This document shows positions 26,639-37,031 of a stretch of 64,000 nucleotides of DNA, one piece after another. The first letter of the stretch is position 1; each line of letters starts with the position of its first letter. Position numbers and translations under genes: made by a program. Source of the DNA: an uncultured Candidatus Saccharibacteria bacterium. Lineage in GTDB: Bacteria; Patescibacteriota; Doudnabacteria; UBA920. The notes under the pieces were generated by a model. It had not been told where the DNA came from and did not search any database. It was given only the letters and a program-made list of their open reading frames with translations. The stretch is from assembly GCA_964631145.1 (NCBI GenBank), contig CAZVXT010000002.1, positions 65,140 through 129,139 of the forward strand. Reading direction: 5' to 3'.

Positions 26639-28117
26639 ATGGAATTTGAAAAATTATCTTTAAAAGAACTTAGAAGTTTATTAGATCAAAAAAAAGTCAC
26701 TTCGGTAGAATTAACGAAGTATTTTTTGGATCGCATAAAATCACAAAATCCAGAGCTTAATGCATTTATCACGGTTACTGAAGAGGAAGCTTTAAGGCAG
26801 GCGCGTGAGGCAGACGAATTTATAGCTGGTGAAGGTGATAATTTTGCTTTAACAGGAATTCCTTTTGCGGCTAAAGATTTATTTTTGACTAAAGGAATTT
26901 TAACAACTGCTGCATCAAAAATTTTAAGTAATTATATTCCTCCATATGACGCCATAGTTATAGCAAAGCTAAAAGAACAAAAGGCTGTATTGCTTGGTAA
27001 AACAAATATGGATCAATTTGCTCATGGTAGTAGCGGCGAGACTTCTTTTTATGGTGCGGCAAAAAATCCTTGGGATATAACTCGAATGCCTGGAGGGTCT
27101 TCTAGTGGATCTGCTTCAGCTGTTGCGGCAAGTATTACTCCTTGGGCTCTTGCTACCGAAACAGGTGGAAGCATTCGTCAGCCTGCATCTCTTACTGGAA
27201 TAAGCGGTTGGAAGCCGACTTATGGGCGAGTCTCTCGTTATGGAGTTGCAGCCATGGCATCTAGTCTAGATAGTATGGGCGCAATGGCTTGGAGCGTTGA
27301 AGATTTGGCTATCATTGCTGGTGTTATTTCTGGGAAAGATTCCAAGGATGGAACTACTGGGACAGAAGAAGTGCCGGATTATTATGCAAATTTAAAGTCT
27401 GACATCAAAGGATTAAAGGTTGGCGTACCAAAAGAATATTTTATTGAAGGTATGCAACCAGAAGTGCGCAGTGCTGTAGAAGCTGCTATTGAAGAGTTCA
27501 AAAAGGCTGGTGCAGAAATTGTTGAAGTTAGTTTGCCAAACACTAAATACGGATCATTGGTTTATGCAATAGTTTGCCCTTCAGAAGTTTCTTCTAACCT
27601 GGCTAGATATGATGGTATTCGTTATGGTCACTCTACTGTAGAGGGTGACAATCTTTTGGATATTTATATGAAGAGCCGTGCTGAAGGTTTTGGCGATGAA
27701 GCAAAGCGCCGTATTATGACCGGTACTTATGTTTTGTCTGCTGGGTATTATGATGCTTATTACAAAAAGGCTCAACGCGTCCGTCGTTTGATAATGAATG
27801 AATTTGAAGAAGTGTTTAAGCAAGTGGATATTTTACTTGCACCATCTAGCCCCAATGTCGCACTTCCTTTAGGAAAAGCTGCTGACGATCCATTATTTGG
27901 TTACATTGCAGATCAGTTAAATATTCCAGGGTCTCTTGCTGGGCTTCCAGCGCTTTCTGTACCATGTGGTTTTGCTAAATCTGAAGATGGTAAAGTTGAT
28001 TTACCTGTTGGCTTACAGATTATTGGCGCGCAGTGGCAAGACCAAAAAGTTTTTAATGCAGGGTTTGCATATCAACAATTAACTAATTGGCACACTCAGC
28101 GCCCAGGAGTTAAATAA
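26639..28117 (+). CDS. gatA: Glu-tRNA(Gln)/Asp-tRNA(Asn) amidotransferase subunit A
   Basis: Amidase signature GGSSSGSASAVAA. Confidence 0.9.
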   Translation: MEFEKLSLKELRSLLDQKKVTSVELTKYFLDRIKSQNPELNAFITVTEEEALRQAREADEFIAGEGDNFALTGIPFAAKDLFLTKGILTTAASKILSNYIPPYDAIVIAKLKEQKAVLLGKTNMDQFAHGSSGETSFYGAAKNPWDITRMPGGSSSGSASAVAASITPWALATETGGSIRQPASLTGISGWKPTYGRVSRYGVAAMASSLDSMGAMAWSVEDLAIIAGVISGKDSKDGTTGTEEVPDYYANLKSDIKGLKVGVPKEYFIEGMQPEVRSAVEAAIEEFKKAGAEIVEVSLPNTKYGSLVYAIVCPSEVSSNLARYDGIRYGHSTVEGDNLLDIYMKSRAEGFGDEAKRRIMTGTYVLSAGYYDAYYKKAQRVRRLIMNEFEEVFKQVDILLAPSSPNVALPLGKAADDPLFGYIADQLNIPGSLAGLPALSVPCGFAKSEDGKVDLPVGLQIIGAQWQDQKVFNAGFAYQQLTNWHTQRPGVK

Positions 28118-29620
28118 ATGACAGATTTAAAAGGATACAAACCAGTTATTGGGTTAGAAATTCATGTACAGCTCTTAACCAAGAGTAAGCTTTTTGGTAG
28201 TGCTCCAAATAATCCTTTAGAAAAAAGTCCGAATGTAAATATTGATGAAGTTGCCACTGGTGAACCTGGTACTTTACCTGTGCTAAATAAAGAAGCTGTT
28301 AGACTTGGTTTGATGGTTGGTTTGGCACTTAACTGTGAAGTTCCTCTACATAGTAAATTTGACCGCAAGCATTATTTTTATCCAGACTTGCCAAAAGGTT
28401 ATCAAATTTCTCAGTATGATGAACCAATTGTAAAAAATGGTTACGTCGATATTTTAGTTCCTGCAAATGAAACCCGCGAAGCTTATACTAAGCGTGTGCG
28501 TATTACCCGTGCTCATTTGGAAGAAGATGCTGGTAAGAATGCTCATCCAGAAGGTTTGCCGTATTCTTTGGTTGATCTTAACCGTGCAGGTTGTCCGTTG
28601 TTAGAAATTGTAACCGAGCCAGATATAGAAACTGCAGAAGAAGCACGTCTTTTCTTGCAAGAGTTGCAACGCATTGTGCGTTATGTCGGTGCTGGTATTG
28701 CTGATATGGAAAAAGGTACAATGCGCTGCGAGCCAAATATTTCTGTTCGCAAGCCAGGTGAAGAATCTTTACCAAAATATAAAGTTGAAGTTAAAAACAT
28801 CAACAGTTTTAGGTTTGCAGAAGCAGCTATTAATTATGAAATTCCTCGTCATATTGAAATGCTTGAAAAAGGTGAAATGCCAAAACAGGTAACTATGGGT
28901 TGGAATGAGAAAGAAAACAAAACAGTAGAACAGCGCAGTAAAGAAGAGGCAAATGATTACAGATATTTTCCAGAGCCAGATTTAGCGCCTTTAGAATTCA
29001 CAAAAGAGTATATTGAAGATTTGCGTGGTACATTACCAGAACTTCCGGCAGCAAAGAGACTTCGCTTTGCTAGAGAATTTGGACTTGATGATGCAGCAAT
29101 CGAAACTCTACTAAATTGGAAAGAATTAAACGAATATTTTGAAAATGTTGTTAGCGAAATTGACGCTTGGATAGAAGCTGATGGAGGCGGCGATAGGGCA
29201 AAACTAATTAAGCTTGCCTCTAATTGGTGCTTGCAAGATTTTAGTGCTTTGTTAAATAACGAGTTGGCTAATCCGCTACAAAGTAAAGTTAATCCAGAAA
29301 ATTTTGCAGAGTTGATTAAGATGATTGATTCAGGAAAAATTTCTGGTAGTGCTGCTAAGCAGGTGTTTAAAGTAATGTATGAAAAAGGCGCGGAGCCAGA
29401 CCATATTGTAGAGGATCTGGGACTTGCTCAGGTAAGTGATACAGGGGCTATAGAATCTATGGTAGATGAAGTATTAAGTAATAATTCCAAAGCAGTCGAG
29501 GATTATAAAGCAGGAATGCAAAAATCATTTGGATTTTTAGTAGGTCAAGTGATGGCTGCCATGAAAGGTAAAGCTAATCCTGGTATTGTGAACGAGATTT
29601 TAAAGAAGAAATTACAATAA
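28118..29620 (+). CDS. gatB: amidotransferase subunit B
   Basis: GatB N-terminal domain and C-terminal YqeY-like domain; start overlaps the gatA stop. Confidence 0.9.
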   Translation: MTDLKGYKPVIGLEIHVQLLTKSKLFGSAPNNPLEKSPNVNIDEVATGEPGTLPVLNKEAVRLGLMVGLALNCEVPLHSKFDRKHYFYPDLPKGYQISQYDEPIVKNGYVDILVPANETREAYTKRVRITRAHLEEDAGKNAHPEGLPYSLVDLNRAGCPLLEIVTEPDIETAEEARLFLQELQRIVRYVGAGIADMEKGTMRCEPNISVRKPGEESLPKYKVEVKNINSFRFAEAAINYEIPRHIEMLEKGEMPKQVTMGWNEKENKTVEQRSKEEANDYRYFPEPDLAPLEFTKEYIEDLRGTLPELPAAKRLRFAREFGLDDAAIETLLNWKELNEYFENVVSEIDAWIEADGGGDRAKLIKLASNWCLQDFSALLNNELANPLQSKVNPENFAELIKMIDSGKISGSAAKQVFKVMYEKGAEPDHIVEDLGLAQVSDTGAIESMVDEVLSNNSKAVEDYKAGMQKSFGFLVGQVMAAMKGKANPGIVNEILKKKLQ

Positions 29621-29624
29621 AAAT

Positions 29625-29652
29625 AGCACCGGCGTTTGCTGGTGCTTTTTGT
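29625..29652 (+). terminator. rho-independent terminator after gatB
   Basis: agcaccggc gttt gctggtgcttttt. Confidence 0.55.
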
Positions 29653-29661
29653 TAATTGTTT

Positions 29662-29982
29662 TTAGGTAAGGCTAAATTTATGTAAATATATATCTTTGCT
29701 ATTTCCCGCACCTTTATTAACATGTGCAAAAAACCTCAAACCTGGTGTTATTTCAAAATTTGCTTCTGATTGCAGACGTCGCAAATTTAATTTTATCGTG
29801 ATGTCAGAATCCCATCCAGGAATAACTATATGTGCTGTCTTTTTGCTGATTCTTTCTATACGGATAAGAGCTCTATATGGCTTTCGTTCCGGCGAAAAAG
29901 TTCCTGACATTTCTTCTTCTGAAAAATTTGGCAACCGTTTATTGTATGACATAAAATCTCCTATAAAATAAGCACCGAACAT
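29662..29982 (-). CDS. hypothetical protein
   Basis: ORF track; an overlapping plus-strand ORF is also possible. Confidence 0.3.
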   Translation of the reverse strand: MFGAYFIGDFMSYNKRLPNFSEEEMSGTFSPERKPYRALIRIERISKKTAHIVIPGWDSDITIKLNLRRLQSEANFEITPGLRFFAHVNKGAGNSKDIYLHKFSLT

Positions 29983-30013
29983 AATTTGGAACGGTGCTTG
30001 TTAGTATTTAAAT

Positions 30014-30484
30014 TTACAGTAATATTACTTTTAAAAATGATATTACTATATCCGAAGATTGAATTTTTACCCACCGGCGATTATGAATTTTTGGATTTTC
30101 ATATCCGTAATTTATTACACAAGGTGTATGGTTGATTGATAACACAATCACTCCATTTGTATAATCAACCCATCCATGGTTAAGTAACATGGATTGTTGA
30201 TTTTTGGTTGTCATAATCACACCGTTTATGTTGCCAAGCTGATTAATATAGTTAATTATGTTCGCAATAAAATCTTTGATTTTTACATCCGAAATTAAAT
30301 GCGGCTTGTTTTCGTTGCCTTTTAAATTGCGTATTTCATCGATTGCATTTCTTCCATTTAGCTGGAATATCGGGTATTCTTCTTTCTTTGGTGCTGTTTG
30401 TGGCATATTATCCTCCAAAAAGTTTTTTATTTCTACATTTTTAGGTAGAAATAGAAGTTTAGCAAATCCTTGCATGTTTGGCAA
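30014..30484 (-). CDS. hypothetical protein (true start uncertain; the TTG start overlaps a palindromic motif)
   Basis: ORF track. Confidence 0.35.
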   Translation of the reverse strand: MPNMQGFAKLLFLPKNVEIKNFLEDNMPQTAPKKEEYPIFQLNGRNAIDEIRNLKGNENKPHLISDVKIKDFIANIINYINQLGNINGVIMTTKNQQSMLLNHGWVDYTNGVIVLSINHTPCVINYGYENPKIHNRRWVKIQSSDIVISFLKVILL

Positions 30485-30485
30485 G
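30469..30485. promoter_or_regulatory. 17-bp palindromic motif CTTGCATGTTTGGCAAG, copy 1
   Basis: Identical 17-mer at 31343-31359; both copies lie at gene 5' ends. Confidence 0.4.
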
Positions 30486-30520
30486 AATAAAAAAACCGTC
30501 GAATTTTCGACGGAATATAG

Positions 30521-31279
30521 CTAGTTTTTGTAAATAGCTAGATTAACTTTATCCCCCGAAGTTAATTGGCTTTCCCAGTATTCGGTATATGCTTTGATAA
30601 AGATTATGGTTTCATTACTTTGTATGATACCCGCATCTAATGTTTCAATAACTTCTTTCAAATCACGTAAGTTGTAGTTTTTTGGAACATTATTAGCAAG
30701 TGTTGAAAGATGATTTCTAAATCTTAGTGATTGCAATACGCTAAGTCTGGCTGTATTGGCTTCAATAGGGTAACTGTCTGAATCACAGAATGTTTTAAAC
30801 CAATCAGAAATTAATTGAGAACTACGAACTGGTTGTTTGTTGCCATAATACATTAAATGATCTAATACAGCATCTAAAATTTGATCATAAATTTGATCCC
30901 AGATTAATATATCTAACTTAGCACCGCTTTGCACAATCGTTTGAGGGATTGCCAAAAACCCAGATATAACAAATGCACTATCAATAGTTGCACCATTATG
31001 CTTAAACCATGTAATTAAATCTTTGCCAGTTTCAATTCCTTGTGACAAATATATTGCAGAAATTATTTTGGCAATTCCTATATTGGTTATTGCTTTTCCG
31101 GTTAACAAGTTAATAAAATCTGTGACAGGACGGCTTTCTTTACTTGTGATTAGCGTTGTAATCTGTCTAAAAACTTTTTCATCCATCAAATAATTTTCTG
31201 CCTGTGGCGTTAAGCATATTAAACTATATTTCTTCTTTCTAGTTATTTTTCTACGCTCTAATGCAGTCTTTGCCTTCAT
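30521..31279 (-). CDS. hypothetical protein, paralog of 32570-33319
   Basis: Shared basic N-terminus and the IISAIYLSQGIE / IYAALFISQSID segment. Confidence 0.4.
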   Translation of the reverse strand: MKAKTALERRKITRKKKYSLICLTPQAENYLMDEKVFRQITTLITSKESRPVTDFINLLTGKAITNIGIAKIISAIYLSQGIETGKDLITWFKHNGATIDSAFVISGFLAIPQTIVQSGAKLDILIWDQIYDQILDAVLDHLMYYGNKQPVRSSQLISDWFKTFCDSDSYPIEANTARLSVLQSLRFRNHLSTLANNVPKNYNLRDLKEVIETLDAGIIQSNETIIFIKAYTEYWESQLTSGDKVNLAIYKN

Positions 31280-31342
31280 AAAGTATCCTCCTAAAACAAA
31301 TTATCTATTTTTAAAAAATAGATTTATAATTTTAGCTTAATC

Positions 31343-31359
31343 TTGCATGTTTGGCAAGG
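31343..31359. promoter_or_regulatory. 17-bp palindromic motif CTTGCATGTTTGGCAAG, copy 2 (19 bp upstream of the GH1 ATG)
   Basis: Identical to 30469-30485. Confidence 0.4.
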
Positions 31360-31377
31360 CTTGGATATGGTTATGTT

Positions 31378-32538
31378 ATGTCTAATTTCGACAAATTTTT
31401 ATTTGGAACAGCTAGTAGTAGTCAGCAGGTAGAGGGTGGTAATGATGCAAATCAGTTTGTTAAGTTTGAGCATCAAGGCTATTTTCCTCAAGCTGGAAGC
31501 GCGGTTGATTTTTATAATTGTTACGAAGAAGATATTTTATTAGCCAAAGAGCTTGGGTTAAATGCTATGCGTATTCAGATTGAATGGAGTAGGGTGATGC
31601 CATTGCCTGGGGAAGTAAATATGGATGCTGTAAATCATTATGCAAAGATTTTACAATTTATGAGAGCTCAGAATATAGAGCCGATTATTACTTTATTTCA
31701 TTGGACTTATCCAGCATGGCTTGAGGAAAAATTTTATAGCAAAGAATTTATAGAAGCTTTTGAAACATTTGTACAGGCGGTGATAAAAAATTTAAAAGTA
31801 CATGACAAATACTGGTTAATAATAAATGAACCTGAAGTTTTTGCTTTTGAAATTATTCATCATGGGACTGGTAAAAGTAAAGCTATTTTTAAAAGGGTTT
31901 GGCAATCTCTTAATGCTTATTTGGTTTTGTTAAAAATGCATAAAAGGTCTTATAAGATAATAAAGTGTGTGGATAGTGGTGCTAGTGTTGGAATTGCAAA
32001 AAATGTGGCTTATCACGAGCCATTTAGACAAAATAATATCTTAGATAATTTTTTAATTTCGGTGGCAAACTTTTTTGGCAATGAGCTGTTTATCCACTTG
32101 ATTGCAAAACAATTAGATTTTATAGGATTAAATTATTATTTTTATCATAACCTAAAGTTTAGTTGGTCTAGGTTATTTGAAAGGCAGAATAAATTTGTTC
32201 AAAAGTCTGACATGGGAGAAAAAACATATCCAAAAGGTTTGTATTATTTATGTAAACAATTTGCCAAATTTAATATGCCTATTTTGATTACAGAAAATGG
32301 CATTGCTAATGCTCATGATCAAATGAGAGTTAGGTTTATAAAAGAACATTTAAACGCGATAAAACAAGCAAGGCATGAAGGTATAAATGTATTTGGTTAT
32401 TTATATTGGTCATTAACGGATACTTACGAATGGAAAAGTGGCTATGATCTTAAATTTGGATTGGTGGAAGTGGATTTGCAAACTCAAGCGAGACGTATTC
32501 GTAAAAAATTAGATATTGATATTAACAAATATTTATAA
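31378..32538 (+). CDS. glycoside hydrolase family 1 (beta-glucosidase-like)
   Basis: N-terminal FLFGTASSSQQVEGG; NEP (LIINEPEVF) and ITENG (ITENGIANAHD) catalytic motifs; start moved to the ATG at 31378. Confidence 0.75.
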   Translation: MSNFDKFLFGTASSSQQVEGGNDANQFVKFEHQGYFPQAGSAVDFYNCYEEDILLAKELGLNAMRIQIEWSRVMPLPGEVNMDAVNHYAKILQFMRAQNIEPIITLFHWTYPAWLEEKFYSKEFIEAFETFVQAVIKNLKVHDKYWLIINEPEVFAFEIIHHGTGKSKAIFKRVWQSLNAYLVLLKMHKRSYKIIKCVDSGASVGIAKNVAYHEPFRQNNILDNFLISVANFFGNELFIHLIAKQLDFIGLNYYFYHNLKFSWSRLFERQNKFVQKSDMGEKTYPKGLYYLCKQFAKFNMPILITENGIANAHDQMRVRFIKEHLNAIKQARHEGINVFGYLYWSLTDTYEWKSGYDLKFGLVEVDLQTQARRIRKKLDIDINKYL

Positions 32539-32542
32539 ATAA

Positions 32543-32566
32543 AAAAGCCGGAATATTTTCCGGCAG
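32543..32566. terminator. rho-independent terminator hairpin
   Basis: aagccggaatattttccggc. Confidence 0.5.
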
Positions 32567-32569
32567 TAT

Positions 32570-33319
32570 CTAAGTCATAATTATTTTAAGCTTATCTTCT
32601 AAACTAGCAATTGAAACAGAATTTATGATAAATCCTTTATAAAATGCTTCAGCCAGCGTTAACCTCTTGTCATTATGCTCGATATAAGAGAACTTTTGAT
32701 GTCCATTATACCCTTTAAACTTTTCCTGACGAAGTATGCTTTCGCCAAGGTGAACTAAAGATTCCTTCACGCTATTGCAATTAATGGCTTTATACAGAGC
32801 ATTGCTATCTTTGACAAATTCCCTTTTGAAACAATTATCTAAAGTTTTGAGAATAAGTTCTGATCCATTAGTATTTTGAATTGTTTCTATATGATGACCA
32901 CTTTCCGACAATAACAACATACATTCATTAAATATGACAAAATATAAATCTTCGTATTGTTTTGTGTTAAAAAATAATGTTGTCTTGTTAATTTCTTGTA
33001 TGGTTAGTAATAAAGATAAAATTTTTTCCGTGACCGAACTTTTTAAATTTCTTAACGGATAAATTACTTTCATTAAGGCATCAATGCTTTGGGAAATAAA
33101 TAAGGCAGCATATATTTTAGACAAAACATGTGAATTTGGTTTCCATTTTTCTATTGAATTTAAAAACTCAGATGGTTCGCTTCCTAACATAATCAATTGA
33201 ACTATTTCTTGTCTTGCCCATAAAGTTTCGTCTTCAGAAATTTCAGAAAATAAACATTGCAAGGCGTGGTGTAAATTTGTTTTATCAGACTTATTGTTCG
33301 CTCTTTTTACTTGGGTCAT
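32570..33319 (-). CDS. hypothetical protein, paralog of 30521-31279
   Basis: See 30521-31279. Confidence 0.4.
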   Translation of the reverse strand: MTQVKRANNKSDKTNLHHALQCLFSEISEDETLWARQEIVQLIMLGSEPSEFLNSIEKWKPNSHVLSKIYAALFISQSIDALMKVIYPLRNLKSSVTEKILSLLLTIQEINKTTLFFNTKQYEDLYFVIFNECMLLLSESGHHIETIQNTNGSELILKTLDNCFKREFVKDSNALYKAINCNSVKESLVHLGESILRQEKFKGYNGHQKFSYIEHNDKRLTLAEAFYKGFIINSVSIASLEDKLKIIMT

Positions 33320-33349
33320 AAAAATTCCTCCTAAATTTTGTTTGCTAAA

Positions 33350-34288
33350 TTAGCTTTTTAGTTTAGCAGATATAAACTTATTTGCCAAGGCAGGGGTTTT
33401 GAACCAATTTATAGCTTTATTTCGTTTCCACCAGGTTAATTGGCGTTTTGCGTATTGTCTAATAGCCGTAAAAAGTAATTGCTTCATTTGCGCTTCCGAA
33501 ATTTTATTTTGCAAAAACTGCGCAATAAATTTATATTCCAAACCAAAATCTTCTAATTTTTGCCAAGATAATCCATTATCGTGCAGAGTTTTTACCTCTT
33601 CAATCATTCCTTCTTTAAATCTGGTATCTAAGCGCGTTTGAATTTTTTTCTCTAAAGTTTGCATGTCTGGATTAATGGCAATCCATAATACATTTTCGTA
33701 ATAAGGTTTAACTGAATTTTTTGGTACAGGTTTACCGGTTGTTAAAACAATTTCTAAAGCCCTAATTAATCGTCTTGGATTTTGTGGATCAATATTTTTT
33801 GCACGATCAGGATCAAGTTTTTTTAACTTGTTAAATAGTTGCTGAGTAGTGAGGTGCTCTAAACTGCTTCGTAGTTTGGCGTCCGGCTTTATCTGTGGGA
33901 TTTGCGATTCAAAAATTACGCTATCAATAAAATAACCTGTGCCTCCGCAGATAATTGGCATTTTGACAGCTTTATGTAACTTTGTAATAACTTTCCTTGT
34001 TGTGTTTTGAAAATCTGACACACTAAATTGATGTTTGGCTGGATCAACTTCATCGATTAAGTAATGGGGAATGTCTTTGTATAAAAATACTTTTTTTGAT
34101 GCAAGTTTTGTCCAAGTGCCTTCTACTTTACCGCTACCAATATTTAATCCTTTATAAATTTGTCTGCTGTCTGCAGAAATAATTTCACCATTGTATTTTT
34201 GAGCAAGCTTAACAGCTAGTTCGCTTTTACCAGAAGCTGTGGGTCCGACAACACAGATGATTAGATTGTTTTGGCTCATCTTATTCAT
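33350..34288 (-). CDS. miaA: tRNA dimethylallyltransferase
   Basis: P-loop GPTASGKS; ADSRQIY motif. Confidence 0.9.
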   Translation of the reverse strand: MNKMSQNNLIICVVGPTASGKSELAVKLAQKYNGEIISADSRQIYKGLNIGSGKVEGTWTKLASKKVFLYKDIPHYLIDEVDPAKHQFSVSDFQNTTRKVITKLHKAVKMPIICGGTGYFIDSVIFESQIPQIKPDAKLRSSLEHLTTQQLFNKLKKLDPDRAKNIDPQNPRRLIRALEIVLTTGKPVPKNSVKPYYENVLWIAINPDMQTLEKKIQTRLDTRFKEGMIEEVKTLHDNGLSWQKLEDFGLEYKFIAQFLQNKISEAQMKQLLFTAIRQYAKRQLTWWKRNKAINWFKTPALANKFISAKLKS

Positions 34289-34438
34289 GTTAATATAATG
34301 TTAGCAGTAATAAAATATTATGAAAACTAAAATTATTTACGGCTTAATTTCTTTATTTATTTTATTGATTATTAGTTTCTTGGTCTACTTAAGTTTTGCC
34401 TAATATTTAAGGCTTTTCCATGATATAATTTAGATATA

Positions 34439-35170
34439 ATGGAAACGAAAATTGCCACTAATAAAAGTCAAACTTTGCTTGATTTGCATTTAACAAACAA
34501 GCAGCTTGGTCATGCATATTTGGTTATTGGCAGACCTTATTTGGATTATTCTGATTTGTATAACAGGTTTTTGGAAAAGTATACAACTGTTTATGGTGTA
34601 CAGGCTGAAGTTTTGATTTTTGATACCGCTGTTCAAGGAAGTTTGGATGAGTTAAGAGAGGTAATTACATGGTCTACGTTAAGTAGTTTTAATGGCGCCC
34701 ATAAAATTGTAATTTTAAAAAACTTTCAACAACTAAGTATTGCGGGAAGTAATTTATTATTAAAGACTCTGGAAGAGCCTACAGGTAAAGCACTGTTTTT
34801 ATTATTGTCTGATAACTGGAAGATCTTACCAACTATCAGGTCTAGATGCACTATTTTTAGCTATCGTGGTTTGGAATCCAATTTAATTGATGGTACAGAA
34901 GAGTTGGAAGAGCTAAATACAGCTTTTGTTGATGCTGTTGGTTCGAAATCTTTAGCACACAGGTTGTTGTTGGTTAGTCGTCTTGCTGAAAGTTCTACCG
35001 AAGATGTTATTTCTATTATTTATAAATACGCACAAAAATTGGCAAAAAATTTAAATACAGAAAAGGACGTATTAAATATGCAACTAGCTAATGTTGCGTT
35101 GTCTCAATTGCAAGGAAATTTTAATACAAAATTAACTCTTCAAAATCTTTTAATAAATATCAAAATATGA
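34439..35170 (+). CDS. DNA polymerase III delta-prime-like clamp-loader subunit with a degenerate P-loop
   Basis: GHAYLVIG in the Walker A position; AAA+ lid pattern; length 243 aa. Confidence 0.4.
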   Translation: METKIATNKSQTLLDLHLTNKQLGHAYLVIGRPYLDYSDLYNRFLEKYTTVYGVQAEVLIFDTAVQGSLDELREVITWSTLSSFNGAHKIVILKNFQQLSIAGSNLLLKTLEEPTGKALFLLLSDNWKILPTIRSRCTIFSYRGLESNLIDGTEELEELNTAFVDAVGSKSLAHRLLLVSRLAESSTEDVISIIYKYAQKLAKNLNTEKDVLNMQLANVALSQLQGNFNTKLTLQNLLINIKI

Positions 35171-36204
35171 AAAAGCTTGTCTTAGGCATGGCTATATTTT
35201 TATTAGCTGCAAGTTGTGACTTTAGTAATGCCAATGTAGGGATTATAAAAACCGCTAATGGTGGTAGTAACTGGCAGCAAGCCAATAAAATTAAAAATAG
35301 TGATCAAACTTTATTAAAGTTAAGCATTTCGCAAGTGAGGTATGATAACCAGTTCGAAAATTTATACGCCAGCTCATTTGATGGTGGTTTGTATAAATCG
35401 GCTGATGCGGGGGAAAGTTGGGAAGAAGTTCTGGGCGTGGCTCAGGTTTATGATTTTGCCTTTAATCCAAATGATAATAAAATTATTTATGCAGCTACGT
35501 TTTTAAATAGTAGAGGAAGAATTTTGGTTACCAAGGATCAGGGTAAATCTTGGACAGAAATTTATAGCGATGCTTCTAAAGACAATCCTGTTCGTACTGT
35601 AGCGATCAATCCATTAAATCCGCAAGAAATTTTGGCAGGATTGGGTAGGGGCTCTATTATCCATAGTGGTGATGGTGGTCAAACATGGAAGCTGGTCGCA
35701 AATTATAATGATCGCATATATAGGATAGTTTGGAATAATGGCGTGGTTTACGCAGTAGTAAAAAGTACAGGGGTGATGAAGAGTTTGGATGGCGGGCAAA
35801 GTTTTCAGCAAATTACTGGAACCATTACAAATAGCGGTAATATTTTAGGAGTTTCTATTTTTGGAGAAAATACCTCGGATTATAGACAAATTGCAATAGG
35901 TACAAATAACCCAAATTTACTATATTTAACCACCAATAACGGTCTATATAAAACTCAAGATGGCGGTAGTACTTGGAATTATGTTAGTATGCCTTATAGA
36001 CAAGACGACACTTCACCATATGCTGTAGCTATGGCTAGTGGTAATGATTTTGTGGTTTATTCAAGTGTTGGCAGTATTATTTATAAATCTGTTGACGGGG
36101 GAGCAACTTGGACCGCTAACGATACCGGAACCAATGGATTGATTACGGTTATTGAAGTAGATCATAGTCTTCCGCAAATAGCTTTTGCTGGAGTATCTAA
36201 GTAA
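35167..36204 (+). CDS. BNR/Asp-box repeat beta-propeller protein (Ycf48-like), lipoprotein-like N-terminus
   Basis: Six SxDxGxTW-type repeats (SADAGESW, TKDQGKSW, SGDGGQTW, SLDGGQSF, TQDGGSTW, SVDGGATW); a Cys follows the signal-like N-terminus. Confidence 0.65.
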   Translation: MKKLVLGMAIFLLAASCDFSNANVGIIKTANGGSNWQQANKIKNSDQTLLKLSISQVRYDNQFENLYASSFDGGLYKSADAGESWEEVLGVAQVYDFAFNPNDNKIIYAATFLNSRGRILVTKDQGKSWTEIYSDASKDNPVRTVAINPLNPQEILAGLGRGSIIHSGDGGQTWKLVANYNDRIYRIVWNNGVVYAVVKSTGVMKSLDGGQSFQQITGTITNSGNILGVSIFGENTSDYRQIAIGTNNPNLLYLTTNNGLYKTQDGGSTWNYVSMPYRQDDTSPYAVAMASGNDFVVYSSVGSIIYKSVDGGATWTANDTGTNGLITVIEVDHSLPQIAFAGVSK

Positions 36205-36234
36205 TTAATAGTAATTATAGAGTAAATTATTTTT

Positions 36235-36789
36235 ATGGACGAGATTATCAAAAAATTTAAACCAGATTTTGAAAAGCATATGGAACATTATGTCCACGAG
36301 CTGTCTACAGTTAGGACTGGGCGTGCAAACCCGGCTTTGCTAGCAACAGTGATGGTGGATGTTTATGGTGCAAAGCAGCCCATAGAGCATATTGCTAGTG
36401 TGAATGTTAGTGATGCAAAAACTTTAGTGATTAGCCCGTGGGATAAAACTCAGCTAGCTGAAATTGATAAAGCAATTATGGCTGCTAACTTAGGCTTTAC
36501 CCCAAGCAATGATGGAAGTGTGATTCGTATTACTTTGCCCCCATTAACAGAAGAACGTCGTCGTGAAATGGTAAAATTGGTTGGTCAAATAGCAGAGCAA
36601 ACTCGTGTTAGCGTTCGTCAAACTCGCGAAGAAGTAATAAAGGCAATGAAGCGTGAAGAAACAGAAGAACTCGCAACTAAAGACGATGTTATCTCTGGTC
36701 AAAAAAAGCTTCAAGATGTAATAGATAAATATAATGCAGAAATTAAACAGCTTGCTGAGGATAAAGAGCAAGAGCTTATGACTGTTTAG
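36235..36789 (+). CDS. frr: ribosome recycling factor
   Basis: Typical RRF sequence, 184 aa (VRTGRANPALL..., ITLPPLTEERRRE). Confidence 0.9.
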   Translation: MDEIIKKFKPDFEKHMEHYVHELSTVRTGRANPALLATVMVDVYGAKQPIEHIASVNVSDAKTLVISPWDKTQLAEIDKAIMAANLGFTPSNDGSVIRITLPPLTEERRREMVKLVGQIAEQTRVSVRQTREEVIKAMKREETEELATKDDVISGQKKLQDVIDKYNAEIKQLAEDKEQELMTV

Positions 36790-36809
36790 TAAAGCTTTTG
36801 ATTTTTGAG

Positions 36810-36896
36810 TAACTTCATCGTTAAAATGCTCCGATAATTTTCGCTGTAACAATTATTACGGCTCAAATTATCCTCACATTTTGCCTTGAATTTACT
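36810..36896. repeat. ~85-bp intergenic repeat element, copy 2 (downstream of frr)
   Basis: ~90% identical to 26492-26578. Confidence 0.6.
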
Positions 36897-37031
36897 TCAA
36901 AAAATAAAAAGCCACAGTAAGTCCACTCCTTGAACTTACAGTAAGGTGTGCAAACTCTAACCTATTTGCATTCATCCTACCTTGAATTTATCTCAAATAG
37001 TATCAAAGCCAAATTAATTTAAAAACAAACA

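Noticed and set aside
30258-30524. Plus-strand 88-aa ORF overlapping the start of 30014-30484, and 29696-29971 overlapping 29662-29982
   Set aside because: These are overlapping alternative frames in an AT-rich region. The minus-strand ORFs were kept as more plausible, but neither has strong support.
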